A stretch of 64,000 nucleotides of DNA. Source: Tubiluchus corallicola (lineage: Eukaryota; Animalia; Priapulida). The notes beneath the pieces are model-generated. The model had not been told where the DNA came from. It worked only from the letters and a program-made list of their open reading frames with translations, and did not search any database. Position numbers and translations under genes: made by a program. Shown in pieces: positions 1 through 13,539 of this stretch; the stretch's first letter is position 1; the number at the start of each line of letters is the position of its first letter. The DNA lies in NCBI GenBank assembly GCA_030141605.1, contig JAQGDQ010000230.1, forward strand, positions 293,985 through 357,984, read 5' to 3'.

Positions 1-261
1 TGCATTAATTCAAATTGAAAGTTTTCATGATCCAACTGAGCTGAAATGTGTGGCATGATGATTAGCTAGGATCTGTGCTCTATTCACAAAAATTTAATGT
101 TTACTGTAAGGTGGAAAACATGACTACCCAGTTAGGGCAGCGCCCCGGAAAGTAATGTGTTTTAGTGAATTTGAGGGCACCTTTTGAGCCCTCTTAAGAA
201 CAGTTTTTCCCTTATTTTATTGCAATTTTTGTCAACAATAAAAGTATGTGAACTAAAGTAT

Positions 262-1470
262 GTTAAAGCATTTGACAAAGTCCCATATAGAAGATTGCTG
301 CTCAAACTTGAGGCATATGGTATTCAAGGACAGCTGTTTAACTGGATAACAGCATGGCTAAGTGACAGATTCCAATATGTCGAAGTCGAGGGTTGTGCTT
401 CTACTGTCCCAGTTCTATCAGGAGAGCCACAAGGAAGTGTCCTCGGACCTCTGTTATTTCTGATCTTCATTGACGACACGGATGATAATGTAGCTAGTCG
501 ACTTCTCAAGTTTGCTGATGATACCAAATTAGCATATCCAATATGTTCTTCTAAGCAAGTGAGACAACTCCAGGAAGACTTGCACCAAATCTGTGCATGG
601 GCTGATAAATGGCAGACGGAATTTAACACACTTGATGGTAAATGTAAGGTGATGCATCTGGGTAATCAGACCAATCCAGCCACATACAGTTTTGGTGATG
701 TTGACTTGCCTGTAGTCACTGAGGAGGTGGATCTTGGACTGTTAGTAGATAGCAAACTAAATTTTCACAGTCATGTTTCTAAGAAAATTACTAAGAGTAA
801 CAAGATCCTTGAATAAATCAGTAGAACTATAACTTCCAGAACAGCTGAGATAATTCTCCCACTATACAAATCTCTTGTTTATCCTCATCTCGAATATGTC
901 GGTCAGGTATGGGACCCTTACTATCTTAAGGGCATCCATGCTCTAGAACACGTACAAGCACGAGCTGTGGACATTATCATAGGTCTTGAAGGACTCCCAA
1001 ACTCTCAAAAACTGCAAAAATTAGACCTGTATCGACTCTCTGCAAGAAGACGTAGGGGGAGACTTACTGAAATGTTCAAGATTCTTAAGGGATTTACTGC
1101 AATCAATGCAAACCAGTTTTTTACACTCAATAGAAGCATTACAGGTGGACACAGTGTTAAATTGTTCAAGCATGGGGCTAATACTGAAAAGTATCAGCAT
1201 AGTTTTTCACAAGCCAAAGTAATACTGTGGAACTCATTACCGGAATCATTAGTGAGTGCAAATAATGTAAATAGTTTCAAACATGAACTCGATTTAGAAC
1301 TCTGTGCGAGAAACCTCCTATTTTAATAGCAGCCGGTATATTAGGAGAGTAAACCAACAACAAACAACTGGACAAGGGTGTGCTTTGACAGCTATTCAGT
1401 GGATGAGAGATTGGTGCAAGAGACGGAAATCAGGGTTTACTCACCACAAAGGTGAGAAATCTAAAAATCT
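262..1470 (+). mobile_element. 5'-truncated, inactive CR1-clade LINE (RT C-terminal part plus 3' UTR)
   Basis: RT motifs KAFDKV, PQGSVLGPLLF, FADDTK and KCKVMHLG are in ORF 184-816. After the in-frame TAA at 814-816 the same frame continues (ILPLYKSLVYPHLEY..QVWDPY..LEHVQARA) into ORF 967-1326 (RRRRG.L.EMFKIL, WNSLP). A 3' stem-loop CTCACC-acaaa-GGTGAG lies at 1440-1456. Confidence 0.9.
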
Positions 1471-1649
1471 TTGAAACTAGTCTGAGCAATAACTCATTTG
1501 AGATTTTTGTGAGTAACTGATTATTGCCATTTTCGCTTTCTTCTTAATTTGAAACTTCTTCCCCACTGCGCTGTAACAAACTGTACTTTGGCATTTCACT
1601 TTTGACTTATCTGTCTACGTAAGCCCGTACAGATTGCAGATTATCCTAC

Positions 1650-1800
1650 CTAGCTGACTTCGTATTCTATCCATCGCAGCTTTAAAAACTGCTAGCCTCT
1701 GCACGTCATTTTCTTCTAAAGTATGTATATTTTTGCATTCATGAACACGCATTTCAACTTGATCGTTTTCTTTATTTTCTTGTAAACACGCGCTATCCAT
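1650..1800 (-). CDS. Possible first coding exon of an unidentified gene divergent from the thioesterase gene
   Basis: ATG at 1800 opens MDSACLQENKENDQVEMRVHECKNIHTLEENDVQRLAVFKAAMDRIRSQL, a protein-like charged helix. It is followed by a donor G|GTAGGA after 1650 (phase 1). No downstream exon was identified in the window. Confidence 0.35.
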
Positions 1801-2096
1801 TTTTCTTTCTAGCTTTTTGTTTTAGCGCCAGGCGTAACTAATCACAGCATCGATCGATTATTCGACACTAGCGACACGCACGTTCACAACCACATGCTCC
1901 TTTGGTAGCAGTTATTATGTGTCAAAGTTGTGCAACGATGTATATTATAAAGTAGATAAAAAATATAATTATCACTAACTACATATAGTCGTGTAGTCTG
2001 TAATGATTAGTTTAACGCTTTTAATCGCTCTTTTAACGTATTTTTATTGAGTTAGATTACTTTCTGATGAGTTACCTTGATAGCAGGTTTTGCATG

Positions 2097-3040
2097 TGTT
2101 GGGAGCCGTTTGGACCACTGCGCCAAGTAGACCACTTGATGCGCTAAAAGTAGTGTCCTACATGGGCAGCCCAAGTAGGACACTAGCGATTTTTGTCGAG
2201 ACACTTGCTCTGGCAAAACTTGTTTCCAGTTTATATTACCATTGTTTATAAGTATTGTTATGACATAATAAAGCATAAAACAAAATTTCTTTTAGAAATG
2301 GATATTCCTTGGCAATTTACAAATGCATTTCTTACAATAATTTCATCATTATGATTAACTCCATTAATATATCATAACATTAAACCTAGTATCTAATGCT
2401 TTAAAGAGAGAAATTCTGCACACTGTTATTACAGAAATAATTGCAAATTTAAAAATGAGACAGATGCTGCTGAGCCTTCACAAGACCAAAAAGTAATTTT
2501 TAACATTTAAGAAAAGCAAGGATAATTAGTTTTAATATTATCAGTAGTATTGTAACATGTAGGGCACTGTCCTACATGGCTCGCTAGCCCATGTAGGACA
2601 CATAGATCGCTAGAACGTTTACTTATAAGAAAACAATTATTTGCCCAAGAGGTAGTGAAACGGATCACCTGTTTGTGAAGTGAGACAAAATCAAAAATGA
2701 TATACCTTAAACAAATGTTGAATTCGCAAAAAAGTGGGGTTTTTTCACTTCAACAACATTAATATCAAAATCAAATTTAATATTGTCCGTTCTACCAGCT
2801 CAGAATAAAATTCTTTTATTTTATTAGATGTATAATAAATTATTCAACGTGTATTAACGTTTTTAATTATTATTATTACATAAATAAGCACAACGGACGG
2901 TGTCAGTACACTTAACGACTGAATTCACGACCTGTCTCTAGTGTCCTACTTGGGCAGCCCAAGTAGACCGCGGTCTACTTGGGCTAGCCCAAGTAGACCA
3001 ATTGGTCTACTTGGCGCAGTGGTCCAAACGGCTCCCAACA
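2097..3040. mobile_element. Non-autonomous DNA transposon (MITE-like; TGT...ACA termini, Ginger-like)
   Basis: Perfect 38-bp terminal inverted repeats: TGTTGGGAGCCGTTTGGACCACTGCGCCAAGTAGACCA at 2097-2134 and its reverse complement at 3003-3040. It is flanked by a 5-bp direct repeat GCATG (2092-2096, 3041-3045). No transposase ORF is present. Confidence 0.88.
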
Positions 3041-3071
3041 GCATGCTTGCACTGCTAGGCCTATCAGTATC

Positions 3072-6000
3072 ATGGCACATATAACAGTCTCTCCAAAATG
3101 TGCACTAGTTGATGAATTACTGGAAATTGTTGTACAAGGCACTCTTCCAGGTAGGATTAACAAGGATACCATAGGTTTCATAGCAATTGCTTTGTAATAA
3201 TTTGTTCAGGGTTTCAGACTTACTTAGTTATAATTAATACTAATAATACTAGGTAGTACATAATTAAAGGTTATGATTATAGTAATAAAATATGTAACTT
3301 TTAGTTCAACTACCACAGATTTATTTATTGTTGACTGATGTAGTTTGGTGATAGCCTATCGCATTATTTCTGCGAAACTGCTGCTTATTATTACTTGACT
3401 ACAACCTGTAAACTCGAATTATTTTAATGGGTAAAGCATAATAATCATTAACACAAAAATATTAGAAATGTCTGTGCATTACTGGTTATAATAATAGTTT
3501 TAGTTTCTTCCCAATTGCACACAAAACATATCCTTGTGCGACCTTTGCTATCTGTACTAAAATAAGTTCAGATAGACAGAAATCTATACCAACAAACGTG
3601 TACAACACCATAATTATTGTTGGTGCAGTATATCAAATGCTTCCTTTTGGTTTCTTGTTGTCTCATTAAGGATTTATTTTTCACTTTCAGCCTTCTGGAA
3701 AAAACATGGAGCAAAAAACCACATTATTTTTGGCCATTTTTTTTTACAAAAGTTGTGATTTTATATTGTAGAGAATATAACTGTGTTATGTGGCTGCTAT
3801 GCAATTAAAAAAATTCATTCAGCTTGACATTGGGGTGTTAGTAGACATAATTTGGTTTCCAGTAATGCCTAGTGAAAGTGTGAAAGTTGTGCTTCAAAGT
3901 TCTTAACTTCCAGTGCTGCATGTGTGCATCTATTTGCAAGTCTGCCATCTTTTTGCTCAGAAAATATGTGGGTATTTAAGGTTTAGTTTGTAACATTAAT
4001 GCATCTGTGATCATTTTTGTTGTTATTGATGCGTTGATAATGATGGTGTCAATCATATCGATGTCAGTCATAACGATAACGATGTCGTGATGGTGATGAT
4101 AATGGTGTCGATGAAAGTTGATAATTATATTGTTCATTCGTCACTTTTGCTGCCTCATGAAAGCTTCACTTTCCATAAGATGTAAGAGTAAGTCACAATT
4201 TCTAGATATTCATTCGGTTTTTCATTCTGTTTTGGCTAATTACATTCATAATATTCGTGTTTCTTTACTCCATTATCAGATCAATAAGTTTTAAATGGAG
4301 AGTAATATAACTTTCAGGTAGCAAAAAATTTATCCAACAAAACAAGAATAAAAAGAGCTAAAGATACTTCATTCTCATTATTGTCATCTTCATCATCACC
4401 ATCATCTTCGTCGTCATCATCATCACCATTATCATCATCATCATTAATTTATCATCATCAACTACTTATTGTCTGGTTTGCTTCAAAGCAAAATAATTTC
4501 TTTACTTGCCACAAACTGGCAAAAACAGTTGTCAGCCTATCTGTTTTAAAAGGTGGTTATGCATATTTATAATAAGTATGCCAATAAAGGGATAGAAACA
4601 TTAACAAAGCAGCTGTTTATTGTTATAGGGCAAAAGATTAGTGTTACAGCTGAGATCACAGAGGGAGGTCAATGCTTTTTCTCTTGTGCTCATTACATAT
4701 CAGATGAAAGAGGGGAAGCCAATTTAGCATTATTAAATTCTTTAGGTGGATCATATACAGGTAAAATGCAATGCAAGGATGGAGTACAAATTTATTTAAT
4801 GGTTTGATACATTTTGTAATGGGTGTACAATTTCATTTTATTTTGTGAAATTTAGGTATCATTAATCGTTTTATTTTTGCTGTGTAGTACTGTCGTCCTG
4901 GTGTTGTCTTCTGCCATATTGAATTGATTGTGTAATGTTTTATCTTGCCAGCGTCATTGTGCATTGAAATTATACATATACTTACTTTAATAAACAAAAA
5001 ACCGATTTTATATACATACATAGGCCTATGTGAGCTCCTAAAAGGGTCTACTATTGAGTCAATGTCGTTGTTGTTTGTTAGTGCAGTAAACTTCATTATA
5101 AGAAACTAGTTGGGGAAGATAGACCATAGTAAATGATAGTCTTATAATAACCAGGTGATACGTACTTGGCACGTCTTCTTGGAGAAAATAACAACCAATA
5201 AAACTATTCAAGACACAGAAAAATGTAATGTGTGAAGTTAATATATTATTGTTTTAAACAATATATAGAAAAGTGAATGAATAATAATAATGCACTGCAA
5301 ATTACTTCACATTGCCCCACTTTCACTGCTGGGCACATGATGCACAGTGTGCCACCTGGCATCCTGGATCCTAATCTGGACACATGTCATCGTTAGTAAC
5401 TTATGACATACTTGTCCATTGTAACCAAAATGAAGTGAACAGCAGAAATAGTCCATTATATCCGAAATCAGTTAAAACGAAGTTTACTGTTGTTGCAAGA
5501 ACTCTAGTTTTCTGGCTTAGATCCATAAATGAGGTTAGTGCATGAATAAATACTCAACGTGTATTTAAAATTGGTGAATTTATTTAATCTCTTAAGAAAT
5601 GTTATTTTCCTAACCAGGAGTGATGCCTATGGGATTGTTTTCGTCTTTGGTGGCCATGCATGGTAAAACGAATAACCAGCTGCTCATTCAAAAGGATACA
5701 TCAGAACCTTTGACATTTTGTCTAAAGGTATTTGATGGCTTTCTTAGGCTGGAAGAATTATGTAACAACAAAAAACTGCCTATAGCAACAACAGCAGTCA
5801 AACGATGGTATCGATCAATAGGAGTCACCTCAATAGACATCAGGGATGGATCACTTCGTGGGAAGCTGTTCTTGCCAAAAGGTGAATTGTAAATTAGAAG
5901 TTAATTATGATATGCATATCACTTATTTCATTATTTTTTAAGTTTTTAAATGCTTATAAATGAAGTGTATGGCTAAGTGGAAAGGCAGTTTTTTAGTCAC

Positions 6001-9000
6001 TATACTTTAAACGAGTATTATGCCTTTGACATCAAGCTATATCATTCCTATATCTTGGCTGTTTGCCTCGTAAGGGGAGGATACATGCTGGTTCTTTGCT
6101 ATATCTTAGTTGGATATTTCATTTATTAGTGAGTTAAACTCTGGTTGTGCCACAAAAAACATATCGCTTTGCAGGCTTTTTTTGATGCTGCTCTTGCTGG
6201 ATTATGGATTGGGCTGTCCAAACTATATAAAAGGAAATTTCATTGACAATCAGATAATCACTTTTTAAATTAATTATACGCTATTTGAAAAAATAGTATG
6301 CTAACTGACAAGTGGTAGTTGATGAAATCATATATGAAATCACAAGAGATTTATGGGAAGAATTGTCACTTTAAGAAGTTATTGGATTTCATATTTCAGT
6401 TGCTTTCTCTGCAAATATTTGCTCAGAAAAATAAAGTATTTGAATGATTTCTCAATCTGATTTTTTAACAAGGGATTAATATTTGTCAGTAGTGAAATAG
6501 CAGATAAATACCAAAATTGAAAATAAAAAACATTTTAGTGTTTTATAGGTCTACATCTATAACTTTGTTAATCATTAGCTTGTCACATTGTTAATATTGT
6601 GTAAACTACATTCTTTTTTGCCTATTGTAGTTTTTTAGATGTAGGTTTATCATGTAGCCATTAGCCTGGTGTATCACCTTAAAGACTTAGTGCTTTTTAC
6701 ATTAGCCACTTCATGTGCATCTACTGTAAAAATTTGCCTAAACTATGATGGAAACTGTGATTTTAAGACAACTAAGAGCTAACAAGTTTTTTTTCATAAA
6801 CGTCCTTGAAAAAGTCTGTTTACTGTGCAGAATTTTGTTCATTTGTGTCTTGTAATTTCAGTGCCTGTTGACAAACAAGCAGACAAACCTGACTAATTTC
6901 ACATAATAATATATGTACGATTACATTTCAATTTCTGATAGGACCTGGTCCCTTTCTCGGTGTGATTGATCTTTTTGGCATTCATGGCTTAGTCGAACAT
7001 CGGGCAGCATTATTTGCTTCTCGGGGATTTGCCTGTTTAGCTCTTGCTTACGTCGGATATGATGATCTACCCCGTGACTATCAAATAAAGTTGGAGTATT
7101 TTGAGGTGAGATTTGAAATAACAGTATACCGTTTAAGTGCTAGTTACCTATCGCCTTCTACTTTTCATTTCATTTCTTGTGTGTTATAGGCTGTCCACAC
7201 GGTCATTCAACACACTGTCAGTCAGTGTTGAAGGGCCGTGTGGACAGCAAGAATGACAATAAAATTTGAATGTCATTCATATTTGACAATATCAAATTAT
7301 CAAACTGGTCTTGATTCTCGTTAGTGGTGACTCAGTTAGAAGATCCCATTTACAGCAGGTGCCAAACTGCTTGATGTCACTAACAAATTATTAACAAATA
7401 GAGATTGTCAAATTTTTTGTCTCTTGAGGTCAGAAATTTCTGGGACTGTCTGAAGATGGGGTCAGGAGTAGGGAATGTATAATACTTTTTTATAGACTGG
7501 TACAAGGAATTGTATAGGAACTTGCACTTGTATTGCCACGACTAATTAATTCACGAAAACGCTGTCCATGATGCTTTAACAACCTGGTCTTTCTGCATTA
7601 GGTAGCAGTAAAAATTTGTTTAGTAATCGCTCATCATATGAATATAGTTTAAAAAGTCATTTGCACTTCTAATCTTAATTCCTGAAAAAATTGACAATAA
7701 TTTGTTTCATTTCTTTACTACAAACACTTTTTTATCAAAAAGTTCTTTGATTTCATTTTCCCTTTGCAGCACATTCTATAGCTTTTGTAAGCTGTTTCAT
7801 ACAAGCTGTTTTGGCAAAAAGAACAGCCCTTCAACAAATAGTTATGTGCAGAAGTAACCATCAGTGAAAACTAACCGTGTGACCACAGTTCAGTGTTATG
7901 AATGTCATTTTTTGAATTAAGGATTATATGTAGGAAAATGTACCAGTCTGTAATCACTACATCGTGTAACATACTATTGAATTTGCAGTGTTGGTTGATG
8001 TTACGTCATGCCTGTAAATCTATGAAAATTTTGAATTTTTGAGGTTTGCATGTGTTTTCTATGTGTCATAAGTCCAGTTGGAACCAGTGACATAATGTGT
8101 GCTTGTGACAATACTACTTTAATAAACCCCTTTTTCATAGCTTAAGTTTTAGTAAGCACTTTGCAATATTAATTTCAACTTTGATTTGCTGCAATGATGT
8201 GACTCTATCTTTTGTGTGTGTGTGTATAATCTGGTAATTTCTTTACTAAAATAAGTTAAGTTTCTGTTACTGGTTCACGAATAAACAACACTTCCAAGTT
8301 AAAAGCTTCAGGAACAGTAAAGCAATAGTAAATTTTTACATGATAAATTAAAAAGAATTTGCTGTGCTGCATACTTTGTGCAATTATTGTAGATATGCTG
8401 CTTTGTTTTGTGGTTGTGTTGTGTATTTCTATGGTTGACCTTCATAAAGGCGCGCTACACATTAAAAATTTATCGTATAAGATTGGATTACCAATACTGT
8501 CCTTTATGCCATTAATCAGGAATGTTAGCCTTGATAGCAACACAAACCCGTCTTTCAATGGTAGCTCACACAGATGCAACAGATTTTTTAGTCTTTGTTG
8601 TCGACGTTTGACCTCTAACAATATTTGCACCGCTCTGTGAATTATAAACTGCAAATCAAACTTAACAAGTTGCTACACAGTTTGTAGACATGAATAGCAC
8701 ATGATGCTGTGCAAGTTTCAGCTTTCATTTCCATCCCATATGTACTTGGTACTGTTTGCTTTGTAGGAAGCCATAGAGTTTATGACACATCATCCAAAAG
8801 TCACTCCTGGAGGTGTTGGCATCCATGCTACATCCTTTGGAGGTGAAATTGCTTTGGAAATAGCTTCATACTGTGGAAACAAAGACAAGGTGGGTAAGCT
8901 TTATAAGGAACATTCTAAATACACTTTTTTGAATGGCAAATCAGACTGAATATGCACATTTTCACAATATTTCATCAAATGAGTGGTTTCAGTCTCATCA

Positions 9001-12000
9001 TGATCACATATCATAAGAAGGACCTACAGTTTAATGCTGGACACTGGCTTGCATTGTTCCCAGCTGTTCACTAAAAATGGTTATTTCTGTCAAATGGTTT
9101 TTACAAAGTATTTAAAATCTTTATTTTTTATGCCTATGTTCCTGCTATAAATTAAAACTCGTACTTTTGCATTAGCCACACCTGGGTAAAAAACGAGTGT
9201 TCACAAAACTCCAGACAAATTTTAGTCTTTTTATGCCATCAGTTGCACATACATTATTACATCGTGTTAAGTGCTTCCGTTAGTTAACACAACACCACCT
9301 GAAACTTGAGCACTTAGTTTTATGGTTTTCTGTCACCTTATTTGTTCCAGTGTCAGTGTAATGCTTTCAGGTGAAAGCGCTCGTTTGTGTTAATCCCTAC
9401 ATTCGTTCTACAACATTCGTGTCATATAGAGGACAACATTTGCCAAATTATTTGGTAATGTAAGTATGCTGTTTCTCGTATGTATTGATTATTTCAATTT
9501 CTTGTATTTTTAAAAAAGTTTTCAAGTAAAAAGTCAAAATGAGGCTTATTTTGTGTAGAATTTTTTACTTTTATGGCTACAATTTTAGCCTATAATAGTA
9601 ACTTCTTTGGCGGTGATTTACAGTCATTGCATTGTGTTACAGTAGTATTATTTTTTTATTAATTTTATTTATTTTATTCGTATAAAAATTTTTTATACAG
9701 CAATGTAGTTTTAGTACAAATAATTAATACAATGAAAAATTTTTCTTAGTAATTAAAAATACAACAAAAGATGATGAAATCCTTATATACATCACCATCA
9801 TGCTACAATCTACATGTAGTTGCTTACACATTCATAAAATGCTTTTCTAACATTTCTTTTCACATTAAAATTAAAGCAAAGAGTACAAACGATACTTTAT
9901 TCTTAACTCAACATCTGAATCACCATCAACATAAAATACAACATTTTTGGTATAACAAGTGATTTGGAATTTTGAATTCTTCTTAAAAGTCCCAATTTAT
10001 GACTGTCAAAAAATTTGCTGGCATGGTATCACAATAGTACACGAGTGGTTTTATACTTTCGTTTTGTTTAAAGTCAAATATTTTTCTATACTCACAGTCC
10101 CAACTTACTCTATTTACATTTGCATCTATAGTGGAAATGCCACCAATTTAACTTCCGTTCAACAAAATAGGAAGACAATGAGAACTAATTAATTTTTTGC
10201 CACTATTGGTTTGCGTTTGGGCTCCATTGTCTGTGTAATACTTATTAAGTACGGTGTTACAATTTGTTCATTTAAACTAATGCTCATTATTATTTTAGGG
10301 AAGATTACAAAATTGCTCACTATAAGGATGGTTTCGCATACGAATATCTAGATTTGCAAAACCAAATTTCCACAGAGAAAATTATTCCTGTAAGTTCTAG
10401 TGTGAATTATAGCTATAGCAGAATGTTCTAAATGACTTTTGAAAAAAAACTACAATTTTTTATTGTCATTCATTTTGAAAATCTACTACAATTGTAGCAG
10501 GCTTTTCTTGTAATGTGTTCGTATTACACAGGCAGTTTCTGCATTAATTTTTAATGCTATTTTTTCCATTAATGCTAAACAACATGACTGAAACCCCGAC
10601 AGTACATTAAGTATTATGTAAATTAGTATGAATTGTGTGTAATGATAAATTTGAAGTGTTTATTAGTGAATAATCTATAAAAATAGCAAACAAATTCAGT
10701 TATGTTAACAATTTTAATCATTGTACTACATGAGTAAGATCATAAATATATTCAGATGAATTCTATGACATTAATTTATGTAGAACATTTGATGCAATCC
10801 AATTTGTCTCTTTTAAATAAGGTACATATGTAGTACATATAATACATAGGACAGTTATTCAGCAGATGATTAGTACAACATTATAGAATATTTAGTACAC
10901 AATAATGTTTTTAAATTTTTTATGACAAGAAGAATATTGGTTTTGTAGGGTCCCGTGACCTCCACAGTCATAATAGTTAAAAATATTTGGTATATTGCGG
11001 TGGAAAATGTATGCCGCCAGTTTCTGTTCTTTGTTTCTGATATGCAGAGGTCCTGTGATAAAATGTAATAAAATTTAGTACGCAATTTTTTGTGATACCA
11101 TTGTTATTGTTTTAATAGATAAACAAAGCTAGTGCACAATTACTGTTTGTCATTGGAGGTGATGATAAAACTGTACCATGCGCACGAAATGCTGAAGTTT
11201 TGACTCTTCTCATGGACAAACATAAAAAGCGCAATTATGAAATATTGTACTACCCAGGAGCAGGGCACATGATAGACCCTCCACATTCGCCCTTGTTTTG
11301 TTCATCATGGTACCCTCCAGCAGGTATTCAGTGCTAGCATAAGATTATTGCATATTTAGCTTTCATTAATTTTATTAAAAATTCTTAATAATTTTTCTCC
11401 GTAAAATCTGTTTCGTATGATATGAAATTAGATAAAAATATTCTGTAACATTTTTTATATATTATTAATTTTAATTAAATATTGTACCCTAATCTATTTC
11501 ATTTATTGTAAGTAGCACAACTTTAATAGACTGCTATGCTTCATTTCTTTGCAAGTCTTTAAATGGTTCAAATTGTGATATTTTTTAATAAAACCTTTAT
11601 AACAATTACAAAATTTTTGAATTGCAGTGATAATTTTTGGTGAACTGTTCCTTTCTAATGTAAAAATTCAAACGAGCAACCAGACGTGTAAATAGAAACC
11701 ACGCAGATAAGCAGGGACTCACTGCATATGAAACTATTCAGAAGTTTTCCTTGCTGTAACCCTTCCATGTGCTGCATAGGTTCTGTATTGCCTGCTTTTA
11801 TAGCAAGCATACATTGTGACCAGTCAACTATTCTATTGCCTGATGAATGAATGCAGCGTTTCTAAAACAAATTCCTGAAATTTTCGCAATTGCTATAAAT
11901 AAATATTGATTTCTCTTTTATTTTTGAAGCCAGGCGCTGCATTTAAATGTTGTAATAGTTTACTAACAACTGCAATAGAGCATAAATAAACGAGTTCTGA

Positions 12001-12548
12001 GTGGTTAGTGATTAATAAATACTCTAGCTTGACTATGTTTGTACCATTTTTTTCTTTTCGTTAGAGTTACCTTAATCATAATCAGCATTTCAACCTATGC
12101 TTTATCTGGTAGTATGTTGTATGTTGAATTTGGTCACGTCCTCTACTTCTGAAATTAAAGTGGCTCAAAAGAGTAAGTGTCTGACCTTGTCCAGATTTTA
12201 TAAAAATAGCTGACTAACATGTATGCTTAGCAACTAAAGTTAAGTAATCCTGAGCCTAGTAATTAAATGGATGGTGACAAGCAGAAAAGTACTTATAAAC
12301 CGTTTATCCGTAATAACTGCTCTCACCAGTTTACATTGTTGAGGGAATTTTTTTGTTCTTTTTGGGTTTGTCAACATAGGGCAGACTCCTGCTAATGCAA
12401 GTTTGTGAAAATGAACAATTGTTTTTGTTTTCTTTAACTAGAAATGGTAATGGTTCACGGAGGAAAACTAAAGGAACATGCATTTGCGCAAGAGGATTCT
12501 TGGCGAAAAATCTTGCAGTTTTTTCTAGCAACATTATGCAAAGATTAA
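3072..12548 (+). CDS. acot: Type-I acyl-CoA thioesterase / bile acid-CoA:amino acid N-acyltransferase family (ACOT1/2-BAAT-like), about 417 aa, 9 coding exons
   Basis: Phase-compatible GT-AG exons at 3072-3150, 4629-4760, 5618-5881, 6942-7105, 8767-8889, 9371-9459, 10299-10389, 11119-11323 and 12442-12548 total 1254 nt. Motifs: ITVSP..ALVDE..I.V.G; AHY.SD..GE.....[14 protein letters not shown]; [22 protein letters not shown]; LEYFEEAI; nucleophile elbow ATSFGGE; GGDD; YPGAGH.IDPP; HA.AQEDSW..IL.FF. Confidence 0.92.
7190..7248. repeat. 59-bp near-perfect intronic hairpin (MITE remnant or pre-miRNA-like)
   Basis: GCTGTCCACACGG-tca-TTCAACAC ... GTGTTGAA-ggg-CCGTGTGGACAGC forms a stem of about 24 bp with an 11-nt loop. 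Confidence 0.75.
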
Positions 12549-13539
12549 AATTAATACATATCGATAGATACTTGTGGTCTGTATTTATTGCAAAGGGAAA
12601 AACAGTTTAACTTTTATTTAGCCAAAAAATATATCATTCTGGTTTTAATAAAATTTGTTGCAACTTTTGTAGATTATAGTACAAACTTATGTTAGCGACG
12701 TTGGCAGACAAATGTGTGTTTAACTTTCGATTCTCCTGATTTGTTTTTAATATTGTTTGGCTTATAGAAAACAGACCACTTTCCAAGGTATTTAGTGCAA
12801 ATCTAAATGCAAGTAATAACTAGTATACTGCAAGTATAATTAGTATTAGTGTAAACTCTAGAATGTTTGCAAATAATGATATTATTGGCTATTTGAAATT
12901 GGTAAGAAGTGTTCATGCTTTTTGCAGGCACAAATTCGAATTGTTATTTACAAGTCAACATGATTACATTTGCCCATTGTCTTTCGAGCATTGATTAAAA
13001 TTTAGGTGTTTTGTCCATTAGCATTGTTAAGTGTAACTGTCACCTCGATGTAACTTTCTCGATGTCTTTCAATTGATTAAGAAATTTGTATTTTCTGTTG
13101 ATCATTGTTGGAGTTGTTTTCTTTGATTTGATGAAAACTTATTTACAAATACAGCTAAATCTTGACAAATTTTTGTTGAAGTTATATTTCACCATATTAC
13201 AAGGTCTTGAATCATCAATGTCAGCGTACAATTAATCAAATCAGTATTTGAATAAAAGTGTTCCTTTTTCTCCACATGGTCCTGTATATGATTTTTTAAT
13301 TATTGACTTAATTGATGTTATCTTTTAATTAAAGGTTGAACTGATTAAAGTAAAAAAGAAATTTTTTAATCAACTTCACTCTGATTCAGTTGCCCATGGC
13401 AGATGAGTAAAAGTTGTAAAGTTCTTGGTAGCACCAGTATAGGTGTACAAGATCCACAGATAGCAAAACTGATTTTGAAATAGAAAAACTACCTTAGCAT
13501 GCAGCTTTTGACAGGTTAAAATTTAGACTCCCGCAGTTG

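Noticed and set aside
4020-4460. Complementary (GAT)n and (TCA)n degenerate tracts as a structured RNA or poly-Ser exon
   Set aside because: These are common low-complexity trinucleotide tracts within thioesterase intron 1, and the exon chain is complete without them.
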